The notes beneath the pieces were generated by a model, which saw only the letters and a program-made list of their open reading frames with translations, made no database searches and was not told the DNA's origin. This document shows positions 24,105-40,400 of a stretch of 64,000 nucleotides of DNA, one piece after another; within the stretch, counting starts at the first letter, position 1; every line of letters begins with the position of its first letter. A program made the position numbers and the translations under genes. This DNA comes from Tricharina praecox (lineage: Eukaryota): assembly GCF_024521635.1 (NCBI RefSeq), contig NW_026250408.1, forward strand, positions 1,116,001 to 1,180,000. The letters run 5' to 3'.

Positions 24105-24730
24105 TTTGAGTTGATACTTGTGATGTGATACTTGTGGTAGTTGAGGTGTGGTGTTTGCTTGGTTGGTTGGTTGGCCAGAGAGGTGGCGGGGTGTGCGGTG
24201 CTGTGCTGTAAAAGATGTGTATCGAAAAGAGAAGAGAGAAGAAACGAACTGTGGGGGAAGGGACAGAATTTGCTTAGTGGCACCAATGCATGCATGTATG
24301 AATGACTGGCATTGGACCAGCCGCTGTGGCTAGAGCAACTCATGTAGGGCTCGCAGATCACTTCAGCCTCAACATCTTCCTTTAATTCTGGCCATGGCCA
24401 CGTGGTGCCGGAAATGTACAGAGCGAGCCGGACATCAAACAAGTTAAATACAACCCAAGAAAGAAAGAACAGTAACAAGCACAATGTAGGTAGATTGAAA
24501 AACTCAGCCATAAAAAAAACGCCTTTCACGCCCCCGCCCCCTTCTGCTTCAAAATATAAGATGCAACATTTGCGCAATGCAACACAAACTTCCATCACCA
24601 CCACCACCACTGTGATATACCTGCACCACTTTGTTCTGTTCTGTTCTCGTCACACACAAATTTATGCCCCAAACCTTGAAAAAAAGCCTACCTACCAGAA
24701 TTCGAACCCGTCGTTGGTTTCCTCTAGTGA

Positions 24731-26733
24731 TTAATTGAACGTGCGGATGATATAAACCAGCAGATATGCCTGCGCTGCAAGTACCTGTTTCTCCGTTGCT
24801 AGGGTGACCATGCTATCATCGAATTGAAACCACTTGACCGAGTGATATCGTCAGCATTGGAAGGATGTAAGCGGCAATGATGGTACCAACCTGTCCATTT
24901 TCTCGACAATAGCTGATGTAATGTCCGGAATTGATCTCCCCTTTGTGCACCACAACGCTGAGAAGATCGTAGACATATGGTTTGAAGCTCCGTGATTCCT
25001 GGCCGGATTTCCGCTTGGCCCGAGTCGTGTACGGTGTCATGTCGAGCTCAAGGGGATACCGAATATCCGCATCGATCTTGGAAGATACTCCGTTCGCACT
25101 GTGCTCGAACCTCTGGAGGTGCGGGTGTGAGTAACAGAGTGCCTGGTACGTACGAGTGCAAACAGTAAATACCTTCAGTTGGATGCATAGGACGGGCGGC
25201 AGGCGCTTAACGGTCAGCTGCTTGGTTGCTTCCCGCGGACCTGCGCATTTACTACAGTTGTACTCATTCACCCCCAGTTTCTCGGTCGCGGTAAACCTGG
25301 CTAGGCATTGCTGTACTGTCTGGACGATGCCCTGGGGTTGCTTGTTCTTTTTATCTTTAATCCTCAGGTCCAAGCTCAAGTCCATCACCGGATCGTGAGC
25401 TGTGGTCACGTTCCTGCAGCTCTCACAGGTAACATCGCTTTGCAGCTTCCCATAGAATGAACGGTGAATTATGCACGAGCAGTCCTCTGACTTTTGGTCT
25501 GTCCCCTTGTTGGTATTATGCAGCTGGTTGAGCAGAAACTGCAAATACTCATGGGCGTCCTGTTGCTGGTAGCCTGCGAGCGCCTATAACATCCCATCGA
25601 GAAATTGTAAATCGAAAGTTCTCTCAAAGTGGGGAACATCTGAAAGCAGCGGAATGTTTCTATACCTGCTCGCATTTCCACGAAGTCGTAAGGAGGTTGA
25701 TGGGTCCGTACCCGTCCTGCTTGTCGGAGGTGAAGAACTCTGAAAACACCTCATCCATGGCGCAGCTCATGCAGTTTGTCTGGCTGCATTCCTTCTGTTT
25801 ATGACCGTCTGACAGATAAAAGTTCCGTACCAGTGGATTGTGGATCAAACTCTGTAGGATCACACTCATGAAGCAGGTTGATCCCATATTGAGAAACCCT
25901 CGTAGGCCGGTAGCGCGACACGGGGCGAAGGTGGTATGCGACTCGATGTACTTGAGATCGTCGGCGGAGGGCTTCGAGTCTTCGAGTCGACGCTTTTTGC
26001 GAGCTATCGCGGGGGTGTCAATATCCTGCCATCACTCGCTCGGAGCGCAACAACTCACCGCCGCCGTCTATCGACGTCTCCTGTTCTATCCGTATATCTT
26101 CCAGCGCCGGATCATAGATGTAGTCCTGGCACTGGAAGCAAAACACATGGCCACTCCGCGAATCAACTCCTGTCAAACGCAATGGGCGCAGTTAGAGGCA
26201 AGGTTCCCTCTCCAATCAACCAAATTTCTCCCGCGTTGTGCAGAGCAGAAGGCAGCTTTTCCAGGTTCCGCACCAAACGAGTGTCCCTCCTCCCTGTAAT
26301 GTTGTTCCGCATCTCGCGGACAATGAACCGTGGCGCATTGCATGCAGAGGAATGTCTGGACGAGCATGTAGCTGCAGTACACGCATTTCTGCGCCGTGAG
26401 TCGGTCCGAGTCGAGGGCTACACGCGTCGCGCCCGAGTACAAAGTCTTGCTCGTCGTCGAGCCGCCTTGGAACGCCGACCCGATGTGTTCTGCGCACGAC
26501 CAGCCGCGGTGTCAGTGATTCTCTTCATATTCTGAGCCTGCCAGCCAGCCCATCTCCCCGACTCTCCGACTCTCGCGCGCTCTCCCGAGGCCCGACAACG
26601 TACCACAACCATAGAACACCGGCGGCTGGATGATGGGCAGCTTGTTTTTCGAAACCTTCGGCGAAGCTGTAGCCTGCGAAGACATGGAGACCGACGGCCG
26701 TTTGAGAACGATAGTTGTCGCCGTTGCGCTCAT
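24731..26733 (-). CDS. UBP8: SAGA deubiquitinase Ubp8/USP22 (ZnF-UBP plus USP domain)
   Basis: Cys box GLRGFLNMGSTCFMSVILQSLIHNP; QQQDAHEYLQF; His box VVHKGEINSGHYISY; N-terminal Cys/His zinc finger; stop TAA at 24731-24733. Confidence 0.92.
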
Positions 26734-27114
26734 GGTTGCGGCCGGGGGCAAATGTTGGACGGGTTCCGAGAGTTGTGTGGAGAGCTGGCGTGTGTTGTGT
26801 GTGTTTAACGTAGCATCTGCAGGGAACTACCGGAGACTAAAGTAATGAAGCAAGGCTACTGATGTGAGCTAGAGGCTTATGGTATGCAGCCAGATTTGGA
26901 GGCTGAAAGTGCAACCATGCAGACTGGAGGCGAGCATGCTCACTCAGGCTATGCGGGAAGGGGCACCTCATGGCAGCACATCATAGCAGGAAATAGGAAT
27001 GTGTACCACAAGCCATACAAACAAATAGTCTATCATAGCCAATAATAATCAGCGCTCAATAAACAACATTCTCAGCCAACAGCTAACTGCTGAGACATCT
27101 AGGTAACAAATATG

Positions 27115-28153
27115 CTACAAACTACTACTACTGGGACTACTCGGCTTCTCGACCAACGTGTACTTCGTCATGCCATTCTTCACCACGATCGCGACCCTTC
27201 CCTCCTTCTCCAGCTTGTCTAGAACCTGCACAACCCCTCCTTCCGCCGCAAGATGCAGCCCTGGATCGACATCGACATAGATGCGCTTGACCAGCTCCAT
27301 GCTCGTAACCGGCGTTGGCGGCTGATCCGCCTCAATCTCCGCGCGCACCGCCTGCAACTGCCTCACGATCTGTGCCTCCCTCCTCTGGCGATGCACAATA
27401 TACTCCTGCAGCTTCTTCTGCCCCTCCTCGATGAGCTGTCCGTGTGCAGGGTACGCGCGCGCCGGCTTCAGATCCAACATCTTCTGCAGCGAGTCCATGT
27501 ACTCTTTCAAGTCCGTAAACACGGTGGTTCCATGTCCGAGGACATTATCACCCGTGAAGATAGCGTTCTCCTCCGCGAGGAGGAAGCACATGTGATCGTT
27601 TGCATGGCCGGGGGTGTAGACAGCCTTCAGCGTCGCGCCCTCAACCGAGAACACCTCGCCGTCATTGATCCCCTCGTCCTGCGTGTCGTCCGGCGAGTTC
27701 TTGTGGATAACCGTGTCCGGCGAGAGTTTTCGTAGATCGGCGATGCCGCCGACGTGGTCGTGGTGGAAGTGCGTGATCAGCGCCCTCTTGACGACGGCGT
27801 TTTCCTTCTCGAGGACGGACTTGAGCGACTCGATCCAGACGGGGACGCCCTGCGCCGTGTCGACGAGGAGTCGCTCGCGCCCCGTGCCGAGGAGATACGT
27901 GTTAGTCCCCTGAAGTTGGAACTGTGCGGGTGCAAAGAAAGAAACACACGCGAATGAGCTTAATGTGATGTGATGGATGACGCATCTCGTGCGGGCACGA
28001 TAGCGGGGTGGGGGGTCGTAGCCGCGAGACTCATACCTTGCCCGGATTTCCACCCAAAATTCGCCAAACAGATTCGCTGAGCTTTTCAATCGCCGGCAGT
28101 GGGGGAAGACTCGCGAACTGGGCCTTCAGAAACTCGTTGTGTGCAGTGGCCAT
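27115..28153 (-). CDS. Metallo-beta-lactamase fold protein, LACTB2-like
   Basis: Intron 28036-27922 joins RILGGNPGK to FQLQGTNTYLLGTG. Motifs THFHHDHVGG, TPGHANDH, FTGDNVLGHGT, YPAHG. Confidence 0.9.
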
Positions 28154-28392
28154 GATTCTTGTAGAGGTCATTGGGGTTCGAGCAACATAACATGCCTCCA
28201 TGTAACTATGAGGCGCGGAGTTCGGGTCAACTACCCCAGCTAAAGCTGCGATTATTTTAACTACAGCCGAGGCACACGAAGAAGTGACAGCGGCGACCAC
28301 AACAGCCCATGCGCATACAGCAATGGCGAAAAACTAATGTGAAGAGGTATATACATCTATGAGGGTTTGGCAAGAGTATTTGTAAAGCAGAT

Positions 28393-29987
28393 TTACATGT
28401 CCTCGGTAATGTGCATGTACTTCCTCTCTTCCCTCTTCTCTTTCGCCGTCATGGCCGGCATGTCATAGTACGCGTTGGAGCTGTGGACACCGTCAGTCGA
28501 CAGTTATTTGGAACGTGGAATCGTTGGAAAACTCACCGGTAGTCTCTGACGTACTGGTACGCCATGTCGTCCAATTCGCTCGCCGTGATTCCGAGATCAG
28601 CGAAAGTCTTAGCAGTCCTATCGATTTTCTGGTCGATGAACTCCCTCTCAATCTCATCGGGGTCGTATGTAGGCCACCAGATTTTGTTCAATACTGTGGC
28701 TGCGGCCTTCGCGACGGGCTTGGGAAGGTTAATGCGCCTTCGCTCCTTCAAAATCATGCGGTAGATGAGATGGGCAATCTGGTGCTTGGCATACTCACGA
28801 GATCCGAAGAGCTCGAACGTTTGACCAGCGGTGGAGTCATCGTAAGCCATGATCTCGAGAGCACGACCAACATCAATCACATGCACGGGTCTGGACTTTT
28901 GCTTCCACGAGTTGGCACTGATGAAGTCAGTGCCCCGGGCAATGGGGTGGAGGAGTCTGTCCTCGTGACCGAACATCGGGGAGGGCCGGACGATGGTGGT
29001 CTCGGGGAAGATATTGCGGGCCTCGATCTCTCCTTGTCCCTAGCAGTCGCGGATCAGCTCTGTTGGAATCTAGACGAAAGCTATATTCTTACCTTGGTAG
29101 CGAAGTACTTCGAGGGCGAGTTGACATCGGCGTTGTAGGAGGAGACATGGATGTACCTGTCAACGTCGTATTTGGCAACGGCCTCGGCGATTCTCTGGGT
29201 TCCCTCAATGTGGACATCTTCGTAGGAGAAGTTCCTACCGGAGGGAGTCAGTCAAAAATAGATAACCCGAGGATCGCAGAAGAACCTACTTAGTGGTGTA
29301 ATCGCGTCCAACGAGGTTGAACACGATATCCGAGTGCCGCACGCTCTCTTCGATAGAGTTTGTGTTTCGCAGATCGTACTCCTACTGGGTATTAGGTGCT
29401 GCTCGGAGTCCTGCAGTGTGTATGGGCCGCTCACAATCATGATGACTTTGCCCAAGTCACCAGCGACCTTGAGATGCCGCTTGGTGATTTCCTCGCGGTA
29501 AGGTATGACAACGGTACATCCGACTCGAGCTTAACGGAGGACCCTATGACGTTAACATTCTGTTGCCCTGCATGTTCCTCGAGTCTCCGACAGCACATAC
29601 CAAGTCTGTTGACAATGTATCTGCCCAAGAAACCGGTGGCGCCAAAGACGGTGACGGTGTGCCCTATGATTCCGCTCAGCACTCATTCCTCCCCTCTGCC
29701 CGCCGCAGTCGGTCCGGGTCTCCGCATTGTATTGGCACATACCTCCAAGCGATGACCTACACGTCGGAACCCGTCAGTCGTCTTCGCCAACCTCGTGCTT
29801 GCTAGAGATAGTATCCAATTCCTCACCTTCCACCTCCGGGAACCCTGATGATAGGTTTTCCTGTCCGGGTGATAGCGATATCGTGTATGAACCTGCGCGC
29901 GGGGGCGGGGGCGGCGCCGGCGGCGGTGGCAGCAGCTTTCGCGGGTGCTGCCAATCGCGGCAGAACAGACGAACAGCACCTCTGCAT
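28393..29987 (-). CDS. NDUFA9: Complex I 40 kDa accessory subunit (NDUFA9 / nuo-40, SDR fold)
   Basis: Mitochondrial presequence; GHTVTVFGATGFLGRYIVNRL; RHLKVAGDLG; TIVRPSPMFGHEDRLL; multiple short introns including a 14-nt exon. Confidence 0.92.
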
Positions 29988-31239
29988 TTTGGCGACGTGA
30001 GGCACTGAGGGCGTACGGAGACGTGGGGTGTGTATGGACGTTGAGGAAAGAGTGGAGAGCTGGAGGGCCTTTGACTGGGATGGTGAACGGACGGTTTGGT
30101 CCCACTTCTCGTGAGGCGGCTCGGTCAAAGTAGCGCCATTAGTCAGGCATCTAAATATGTCACAAAAAATGATTCGGCAGGTTTTTTCTGGTAGCAAAGG
30201 TTTTCACCGTGAACCTTCAACCGACAGCGCAGTGGGCACTGGGCACAGCGATAAATCAATGAATAGCATTGTTATTGGTGTAGCTGCCATACATTTGTCG
30301 AGCAAGTGTCCCAAACTACGACCGAGCGGCCAAGCAGATAACTGATTCAAAGGTGCGGCAAACGCGACAGCTCCACATGTGCACTATCCTGTAGCTAGAA
30401 ACAGCCATGACTTATTGCATCTCGAGTTACTCAGGCAAGAGTGTTGAAAGTTGCTCTCTAACGCCTTTTGCAACACCTTTCCCGAGTGATCATGAGTGGA
30501 TTAAATGCACGCCAAAGAAAGGTGGCTGATTTCAAATTGGGGCCTAAAGGGCAGAACGGCCGGGGATCCTCCGCGACTCCGAATGGCGGCTACACGCGCA
30601 GATAGTTTTTACACGAGAACATCACGAGACAGTGAATCATAATCAGCAATGGAGAGGCGAAGAAGAGCATTAATGCGGCTTTTCGATGCCTTGCAATTCG
30701 ATCCGTTTCGGGGATTCGGTATGCCACCGGCGGAGTGCAGGCATAGATTTGTTTTGTCGCGGGATGGGCAAGAGAGAACAGGTCCGTGAGACCGGATCGA
30801 ACCGGTCCTGGCTCTGGCTCGAGAAGCCGAGATAGAACCGTGAAGCGGGCCGGGGAGGCGGGAGGCAAATCTGACAAAGTTTTTGGAGCGAGGCAAAGAG
30901 AAAATGGCAATTCTTCCAAACGGACAAATATCTTCCTTCTGAATGACAAGCCCTCGCCGCAAGACGGCAATGATTAGAGTGGCGGAGTTGAGATTTTGAA
31001 GCGCCGGAGAGACCTGGTGATTATAACGAAGCTGGCGGCGGAGGGGTTCGAAGTGTTGTAACCAGTGGCTGCCAAGACGGCGAGAATCCGGTCAGTAGAT
31101 TTCACTTGTCGTCACCAATTTCTTTCCCAACAACAACCCGCATAAAATACCTCACCTCACCAGCTTTCAACTCCGTAGGTTATACACCTTCGTCTCCGCC
31201 TCCTCCGACGAAATTCTCCATTCCCAACTATAATTCGCC

Positions 31240-33105
<1,866 letters not shown>

Positions 33106-33587
33106 ACGAGCGAAGTGTGCCATGTCCTTTGCATTTCTGACTTTTCCTTTCTCTCTTGCTGGTGTTACGAATGATATCTATGGCTTCTGTGTGTTATTTC
33201 AGGATGGAAAATGCGGTGGCGCCTACATGGGAGTCTCGATGTAGGGCAACATATTCGTAGTTTGCGACAGGGGACGCTTGTTGTCGAAAGCGTTTTGTCG
33301 TGTCATCGTGTGGTGCTGGAACGATTGGAAAATAGTGTTTTTCATCACTTTTTAAACCATTCCCCACCACACGAAGAGAAAGAGAGATGATACGATTCCT
33401 GTTTGTGATTTGTAATATACTGTTTAGTGCGACGCGCTGTAGATGGCTGTTCAATGGAATGCTTGTCAAGGAGATGACTTGAAGCCCGAACTAATGACAT
33501 TTCGCACATTTTTCCCTCGAAAACAAAACCCCCCCAGAACGCCAGTAAGCATAAGGACAAGAACATAGATGCAATGCACTTCCTCAA

Positions 33588-34694
33588 TCAAGAGCCAATT
33601 CCCCTCTTCGGAGCCGAAATCTCGCGCCTCGAGATCATGAACGATATCGTCTCTCCCGTCGGGTCCCTCATGAACGGCTGGATGATGGAAGGTCCGGCGT
33701 CTTCGTGCACCGGCGTAGCATCGACAATCCCATCATCCGAATCGTGATCATTGTCACTTCCATAATCCGGATCCGAATCTCCGTGCTCCTCCGCGCCCTC
33801 CACAGCAACCGGCTTCTTCTTCTCCACCGGCTCCGGATTCGCAAACGCCTTCGAGTTGAGCACCTTCTGTCTCAGATACTCCTGGTAGCCATCATCGTCG
33901 TCGTCATCACTCGGCGGCAAATCGCCACTGCGGACCTCATGCTCCACGCCCTCCTCCTCTTCCCTCTCCCGCGGCCCCTCCGCGCGCGACTCCGCATACT
34001 CCTCCTCGAGCTTCACCATCCACGCGGCCTCCGCCTCCTTGACGCCGACCGCATCCTCACACGCCGCATAGCGCTCCAAGATCTCCCTATTAATCTCCAG
34101 GAACGCCTCGCCGTAGGTAAACGGCTCAAGAATAATCTCCGCCCACTCCCACATGCCACAAATTGCAAAGCACGCGGCCAGCGCCTCAACACAATTGAGC
34201 CTCCAGGGCTTGCCATAATTCACCGAGTTCGCCGCGACCAGGTACGGCAGCAGCCGCTCATTCTTCCCGCCGATCTTGGCGAACGGCACCTCGTCCAGCC
34301 GCGCCCACGAGCACTCCACGACCGCCGCGCCGTGCAATACGAGGAGCTCCGTATCCGCAGGCGAAACTACCGATTTGCCGTTCGGCGTGATCACGATCCC
34401 ACCGTGCTTCCGTCCGATTGCCAAAGGCTTCAAGAGGCCGAGACGAAATAGCTTCTTCCCTGAGCACCGCTTGGGGTCGCAGTGGCCGAGGTCCCAGGCC
34501 GCCGCTGGGAGGGGGGTTAGTTAGGAACGAACTGCAGCGCGAACAGCGGCCGAGGGCTGGGGAGGGGGCGAACCTTTAAACGGCGGCCGCACAACGGGAT
34601 GCTCCGGGTCGTCGGATTGAACGGCCGTGTTGCGCCCCGCGGACTTGTACCGGTCCTTGCCTTTGGTGTGGTTGTTGGCGTTTTTGCGCACCAT
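33588..34694 (-). CDS. TSR3: 18S rRNA aminocarboxypropyltransferase Tsr3
   Basis: Intron 34573-34505. WDLGHCDPKRCSGKKL, VVECSWARL, ERLLPYLVAANSVNYGKPWRLNCVEALAA. Confidence 0.95.
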
Positions 34695-35601
34695 TGTTGC
34701 TGTACTGTGCTGTGGTGTCTGGTGGTGGTGGGGTTGGTGGGGTTGGTGAGGTTTGGGAAACTTTTTACATTGATATCACCGCTGCTATGTAGAGTACGCT
34801 AAAGACTCATTATGACGAAATGGTGGGATGTACACCCGTGTAACCCCCACGGAGAGATCACGGGAATGGGGCTTTGGGACGAAATCTGCTGAAGATATGT
34901 ACTTTGTGACGATTCGAAGCAGAGTAGGCAGATGGTATCTAGGGTACACCGTCGGCCATGGGAAGTTGGACGTGTATAGGTGCTCTACCATGGACCTGCC
35001 CACCCCGCATCTGCCCCGCCCTAAGCCGAGTGACCATGGTTATCGCCACCATGCTATGTTCTCTGCACACAGCAGTACATATCGGTACTCCGCCTGCGCA
35101 GAGAGCCGATATGCTTAGAATGCCTGTGTTGAGATGCGGGTCTCCGCCAAATCTGGCCTCTCGTTCCTGCCTCCATTTTGACTGGCCAATGTTTTTTTTC
35201 TTCTGCTTGTTGGAAAAAGAGTTGTCAGCTAGTGCCGGATCCCTGTCCTGCGTCGCCGTGTCCCTGGCGACGTGGTTTTGGTGGTGGTGGTGGGTTTGGT
35301 GGTGGTGGTGGTGGTGGTGGATGAGGAGGTGGTGCTACCCATTCGCGTCGACCCAAAACAACACAAACCCGCGAAAGTCCTTTCGCTCTGCCGCCATCCG
35401 TCTTCCTCCTCCTCCTCCTTCCATCCCCAGTTCATCCTCTCATCCTACCTTCATCTCGCCCTTATTACCTCCACCTTCCTGCTCCCTCCCCCACCACTCC
35501 TCTCCACTGCACGCCGTTATACGCCCTTAATCATACCCCACTTCCACCCCTCATACCCCTCCGAAAAGCCACTCAACAAATACATTCATCAAGTCGCAAG
35601 C

Positions 35602-36684
35602 ATGTCCGTCGTTTCTCTGCTCGGTGTTCAGGTCATCAGCAACCCCGCCAAGTTCCTGGACAAGTACCAGCTCGAGATCACCTTTGAGTGTCTCGAGAGC
35701 CTGAGCAAAGGTAAACTTAATGCAAACACTTTACGCGAAAACCCCAAACGCAATACACGCTTCACCACCCACGCTCCACACACACACACATCCTGTGCAT
35801 CGGCCTCCACATTTCCGTGCTGACCACTTTGCTTCTAGATCTTGAGTGGAAGCTCACCTACGTCGGTTCTGCCAACAGGTATGTTTGAGATCCTGCGATG
35901 ATAACACGTCGTCGAGTCCGAATTCACACGGAACAAACAGCTCCGACTACGACCAGGAATTGGGCGAACTGCTTGTTGGCCCCATCCCGGTTGGAGTGAA
36001 CAAGTTCATCTTCGAGGCCGAGCCGCCGACCGTCTCCAAGCTCCCGACCACCGAGATCTTGGGTGTCACCGTCGTCTTGCTCACCGGTTCATACGATGGC
36101 CGTGAGTTTGTCCGCGTTGGCTACTATGTCAGCAACGAATACGACACCCCCGAACTCCAGAACGAGCCGCCCAGCAAGCCCATCTTCGACAGGATTGTCC
36201 GCAACATGTTGACCGAGAAGCCTAGAGTCACTAGGTTCGCCATCAAGTGGTGGGTTTCCCTCTATCCGCTTGTCGATTGCTCGTGCAGGGAACTGATTTC
36301 GGCTGTAGGGATTCTGAAGACTCTGCGCCCGCCGAGTTCCCTCCGGAGCAGCCTGAGGCCGATGAGGCCCCCGACGATGCGGACCAGTACGGAGCCGATG
36401 AGGCCGCGTACGAGGAAGCCATCGAGCAGGGCGACAATGTCGAGGTTGAGGTCACTGAGGACGTCGAGATGGATGTAGACATGGGCGGCGCTCCTGCTGT
36501 CCCCGCTGACAAGATCGACGAGGGCGCCGAATCGGAGGATCTCGAGGCTGAGTCCAGCGGCGAGTCTGACGAGGAGGACGAGGCCGAAGGTGACGACGAC
36601 GCTGAGATGGGCGATGGCGACGCCGAGATGGGCGATGCATCTGGTTCGGCCAGTGCCCCCCAACATCCCCCCGCTCACGCTTAA
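35602..36684 (+). CDS. ASF1: Histone chaperone Asf1
   Basis: Exons 35602-35710, 35839-35878, 35941-36247, 36309-36684. [41 protein letters not shown], acidic tail. Confidence 0.97.
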
Positions 36685-37425
36685 GCCGTGCGCTCCACTA
36701 AGCAGTTGCCGTTTTGGAAGGATTGTTGAGAATTTTTGATTCCTGCTTGTTCTTTCGACTCCAGTTATTGCCTTTTTAGAGACATGTTGCGGTATACGGT
36801 ATACGATAGCGAAGGGATCATGGTTTAATGAGCGATGAAGACCAACAACGGAAGAGTTGATAACTTGACTTTTTCTTTAGTTACGATGGGGGGGAGGGGG
36901 CGCAAAATACCAAAAAGGCTTTGATTGTTCCCGTTTTGTGTTGCTTTCTTTTCACCTTTTTTGTCTTGGTTTTTGATATCTTTTTTTGGGTCTGGTGTCT
37001 TGTGTTTTTGGCTTGCTTTGTGTGGGGAGGTCTCGTACTTGGTATTCTTACACTGCGATTTATACCTAATAGACACGTGTTAGTGGTCCTCAGTCAAGCT
37101 ATAGTTACGGCAACCGCTACAGTTGAGGACTGAGATGTGATGATTTCGAGGCGAGTGATGCGTGCACGAGCAACGACCACTGTCCCCATGATAGGTACAT
37201 GGCGGTATTCGAGTAGAATTGCGTGGAGTGGGGCACTAGGGCTATCCACGACCCTGCATAGCTCTAGCGGCAGTCTTGTAAAACATCAGCTCAGACCCCG
37301 GCGCTCGGCACCAAGGCGACGTCATGTCCCGCCAAGTGAACAGCTGATGGAAGGGAAGACAAAGATGCAAGCTCCCCCCATCTCCTCCTACCACGGTATC
37401 CTCCTACTACATACCATAGCCAGTC

Positions 37426-40400
37426 ATGGATTTCCTCCGCTCAAAACAGTCCGGCATCCAGCGCGATTTCTCGGGCAGTCTGGCTGCCGCGCCTGATGTG
37501 TTTACTCTCGACCAGGTACCTATTGTCACCAGCGGGAATGGATAGCTATTGACACCTGGCTCCTCATAGGTCGCGAAGCTCGGCCTCTCCTCGACGATCT
37601 CCACTTTGGCCTACGACCCAGTGCAATCCCTCCTCGCGGTGGGCACATTCCAGAGCTCTTCCACCTCCGGCTGCGTGCACATATTCGGGCAGAAGCGCGT
37701 GCACGTCGTATTCCGACTCGCACGGAAAGCGTCCGTCAAGGCGGTGCAGCTATGCGATTCCCGCGCGGTCGTGCTGGACTCATCCAACGACATCAGCATA
37801 TTCGATCTTGCGTCGCCATTGGCAGCGGGCGTGGAGTACTCCCCGCCCGGAACGGTGACGACGATGCGCACGGAGCCGGGATTGGACTGGATCCTACTCG
37901 GAATGCAGACGGGAGAGGTCCTGGCGTACGATATCGACCGCCGCGTGGTCGCGCCGCTGAGGATTCCGAATCTGTGGAGGGAGCGCGCGCCGAAAGCGAG
38001 GCTGTCCCCCGTCGTGTCGCTTGCCCTGCATCCTAAGGATGTGGGCACCCTGCTGATTGCATACTCTGAGGGCGCGGTCATCTACTCGTTCAAGCAGGCG
38101 GCCGTGATGAGGTTCCTGGAGTTCGTGTTGCCGCCTGGCGCGCCCGGCGCGGATACGGAGCTGGCGACGATACGCACGCAAAGGAGGCCCGCGGTCACGC
38201 AGGCCCTCTGGCATCCTACCGGAACGTTCGTGTGCACGGCGCATGAGGACTCGGTGATGGCCGTGTGGAATCCGAAGGACGGGGCGCTGGTGCAGAGTCG
38301 GACGCTGGAGGACGCAGGCGTGCATCTGCCCGGAAGCCTACCGGGGGCGAGCGACGGTAGCGGGATGTCGGTGCGACAGCCGATCTACAAGATTGCGTGG
38401 TGCGCGACGAGTAATCCCGACGATACGTCGCTGCTGATTGCGGGCGGGAATCCGATGACTACCAGGTCGAAGGGCCTGGCGTTGATGGATCTTGGCCCGA
38501 CGCCGAATATGCTCACCTCGTCGGTACAGGTGCTCGCCGATCACTTTGCGAAACCTAGACGGCAGAGGATTCTGCCCATGCCTACGGAACATGACGTCGT
38601 CGACTTCTGTGTGATACCCAGGACGAGCCCGCATTATGGCGGGGGCTACGATCCGCTGGCGGTCATTGCGCTGTTGGCGTCGGGCGAACTAGTGACGTTG
38701 CGATTCCCGGACGGGCAACCGCTGTCGCCGGCGGCATTACTGCATCCCTCGCTTATCCTGACGCACCCGTTCTCGACGCGCGTCGACGTTTCCGCGGTGC
38801 AGCGGCAGCGCTGGCTAGGAATGGCGCGGCTACCGTCGCAACTGTCCCAGCCGCCACCGGAAATGATCGTGGGCGGGATTGAACACCCCAAGCCGCTGCG
38901 GCGCTACGAGAACCGCACCGTCATCCAGAGCTCGCATCCTAACGGCACAGTGCGCATCTGGGACTTGGGACACGGCGATGAAATTGAGAATGGCGATGTC
39001 TTGGAGATCGATGTGGCCCGCGTGCTGCTGCGCGCCGTAGACCTCAACGTCGAGTGCGTCTCGTTGGCGGGCATCTCCGGTGAGACCGCGGTCGGAATGG
39101 AAACGGGCGAGGTCGTGGTGTTTCGCTGGGCTAAGAATACGGCTATGGGCCGCCACCAGGAGGAGAAGAAGCCTGAGGGTGACCAAGTGATTACAGATGT
39201 TCGTATGAGAGCGGATCCGGATGTGAAGGAGGGGTTGATGCCCGCTTGCATTCTCGATCAGAAGTGCGGGGCTGTTATCGCGCTGAAGATGAGTGATGTT
39301 GGCTTCTGCGCCGTGGGGTATCAGACTGGGCATCTGTGTGTGCTGGACATGAGGGTGAGTACTGACAGACACTCTTGAAGCTGGAGGTTTTGCAAAGGCT
39401 CATGATGCATTCAGGGACCGGCGGTAATTTTCCATCAGAGCTTAGGCTCGCTCAGCAAGGACAAGCGAACGGGCTTCAGGAGATCTCACAATCCAGCCGC
39501 GGCAACGGAGAAGGCTACGTGTCTCGAATTTGGCGTGATGACGCTCGAGGGCGACGGTATGATTTATGAAGAGTACAAGGTGGATCACGGCTGACCTCGA
39601 CGCAGAATTCTCGTCGATCGCTCTCTTCGTGGGCACAAACCTGGGCAGAGTCCTGACCTTCAAGCTCCTACCGCAGCAGGGCGGCGGCTTCACCTGCACC
39701 TATGAGGGCGTGAACCACCTTGACGATAACGCACCCATCCTTTCCATAACCCCCATAAACTCCGACTCCGGCAAAAGGACATGGGCCACCCCGCAAGCCA
39801 CCGCAAACCTTCGAGAGGGCATCAAAACCCCCGGTGTGATCGTCTGTGCCTCGCAGAACGACGCACGGATCTTCAAGCCATCGCAGGCGCGCGGCGCGCA
39901 CAAGACCTGGGGCGATGAGTTCACCGTGCACGCCGCGAGCGTGTGCGAGCTCGAGGCGTACGGGATCTGCCTCACGACCGTGACCTCCCTAGGCCTGATC
40001 ATAAACTACACCGTCCCGGGGCTAAAACCGATCGGCGCGCCCCTCTCCGTCAAGAGCGTACTGGAGGCCGAGCGGCTGCACCTAACAACGGTGCTGGAGA
40101 GCGGCCACATCCTTGGCTGGAGCGGCGAGCACGAGCTCACACTGCTCTACCAGTGGGGACTGGATAAGACCCCCGCCGCCCTCCCGCTCGACACGCTGTA
40201 CAACCCCGCCACGCCCCCGCCGTCCCGCCCCACCATCAGCAACCTCCAATGGCTCGCCGGGACGCAGTACATAACCACCGCAGACCTGGACCTACTAATC
40301 GGCGGCCCAGACCGTCCCATGTCCTTCGCGCAGCAGCAGCAGTTGCGCGATTCGGCGGCCGCCGAGCGCGAGGCCGCTAGAAGACTGCAGGACCCCGCCT

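Noticed and set aside
27115..27130. C-terminal SSL of the LACTB2-like protein (and EKL of FMN1) as peroxisomal PTS1 signals
   Set aside because: Non-canonical tripeptides; no supporting context and no TGA-CTA readthrough motif seen at gene ends.
30590..30977. Overlapping short ORFs between NDUFA9 and LPD1
   Set aside because: No motifs or convincing coding signal; likely divergent promoter region.
34958..35530. ORF with a poly-Trp tract
   Set aside because: Artefact of a (GGT)n microsatellite at about 35280-35320 in the TSR3-ASF1 intergenic region.
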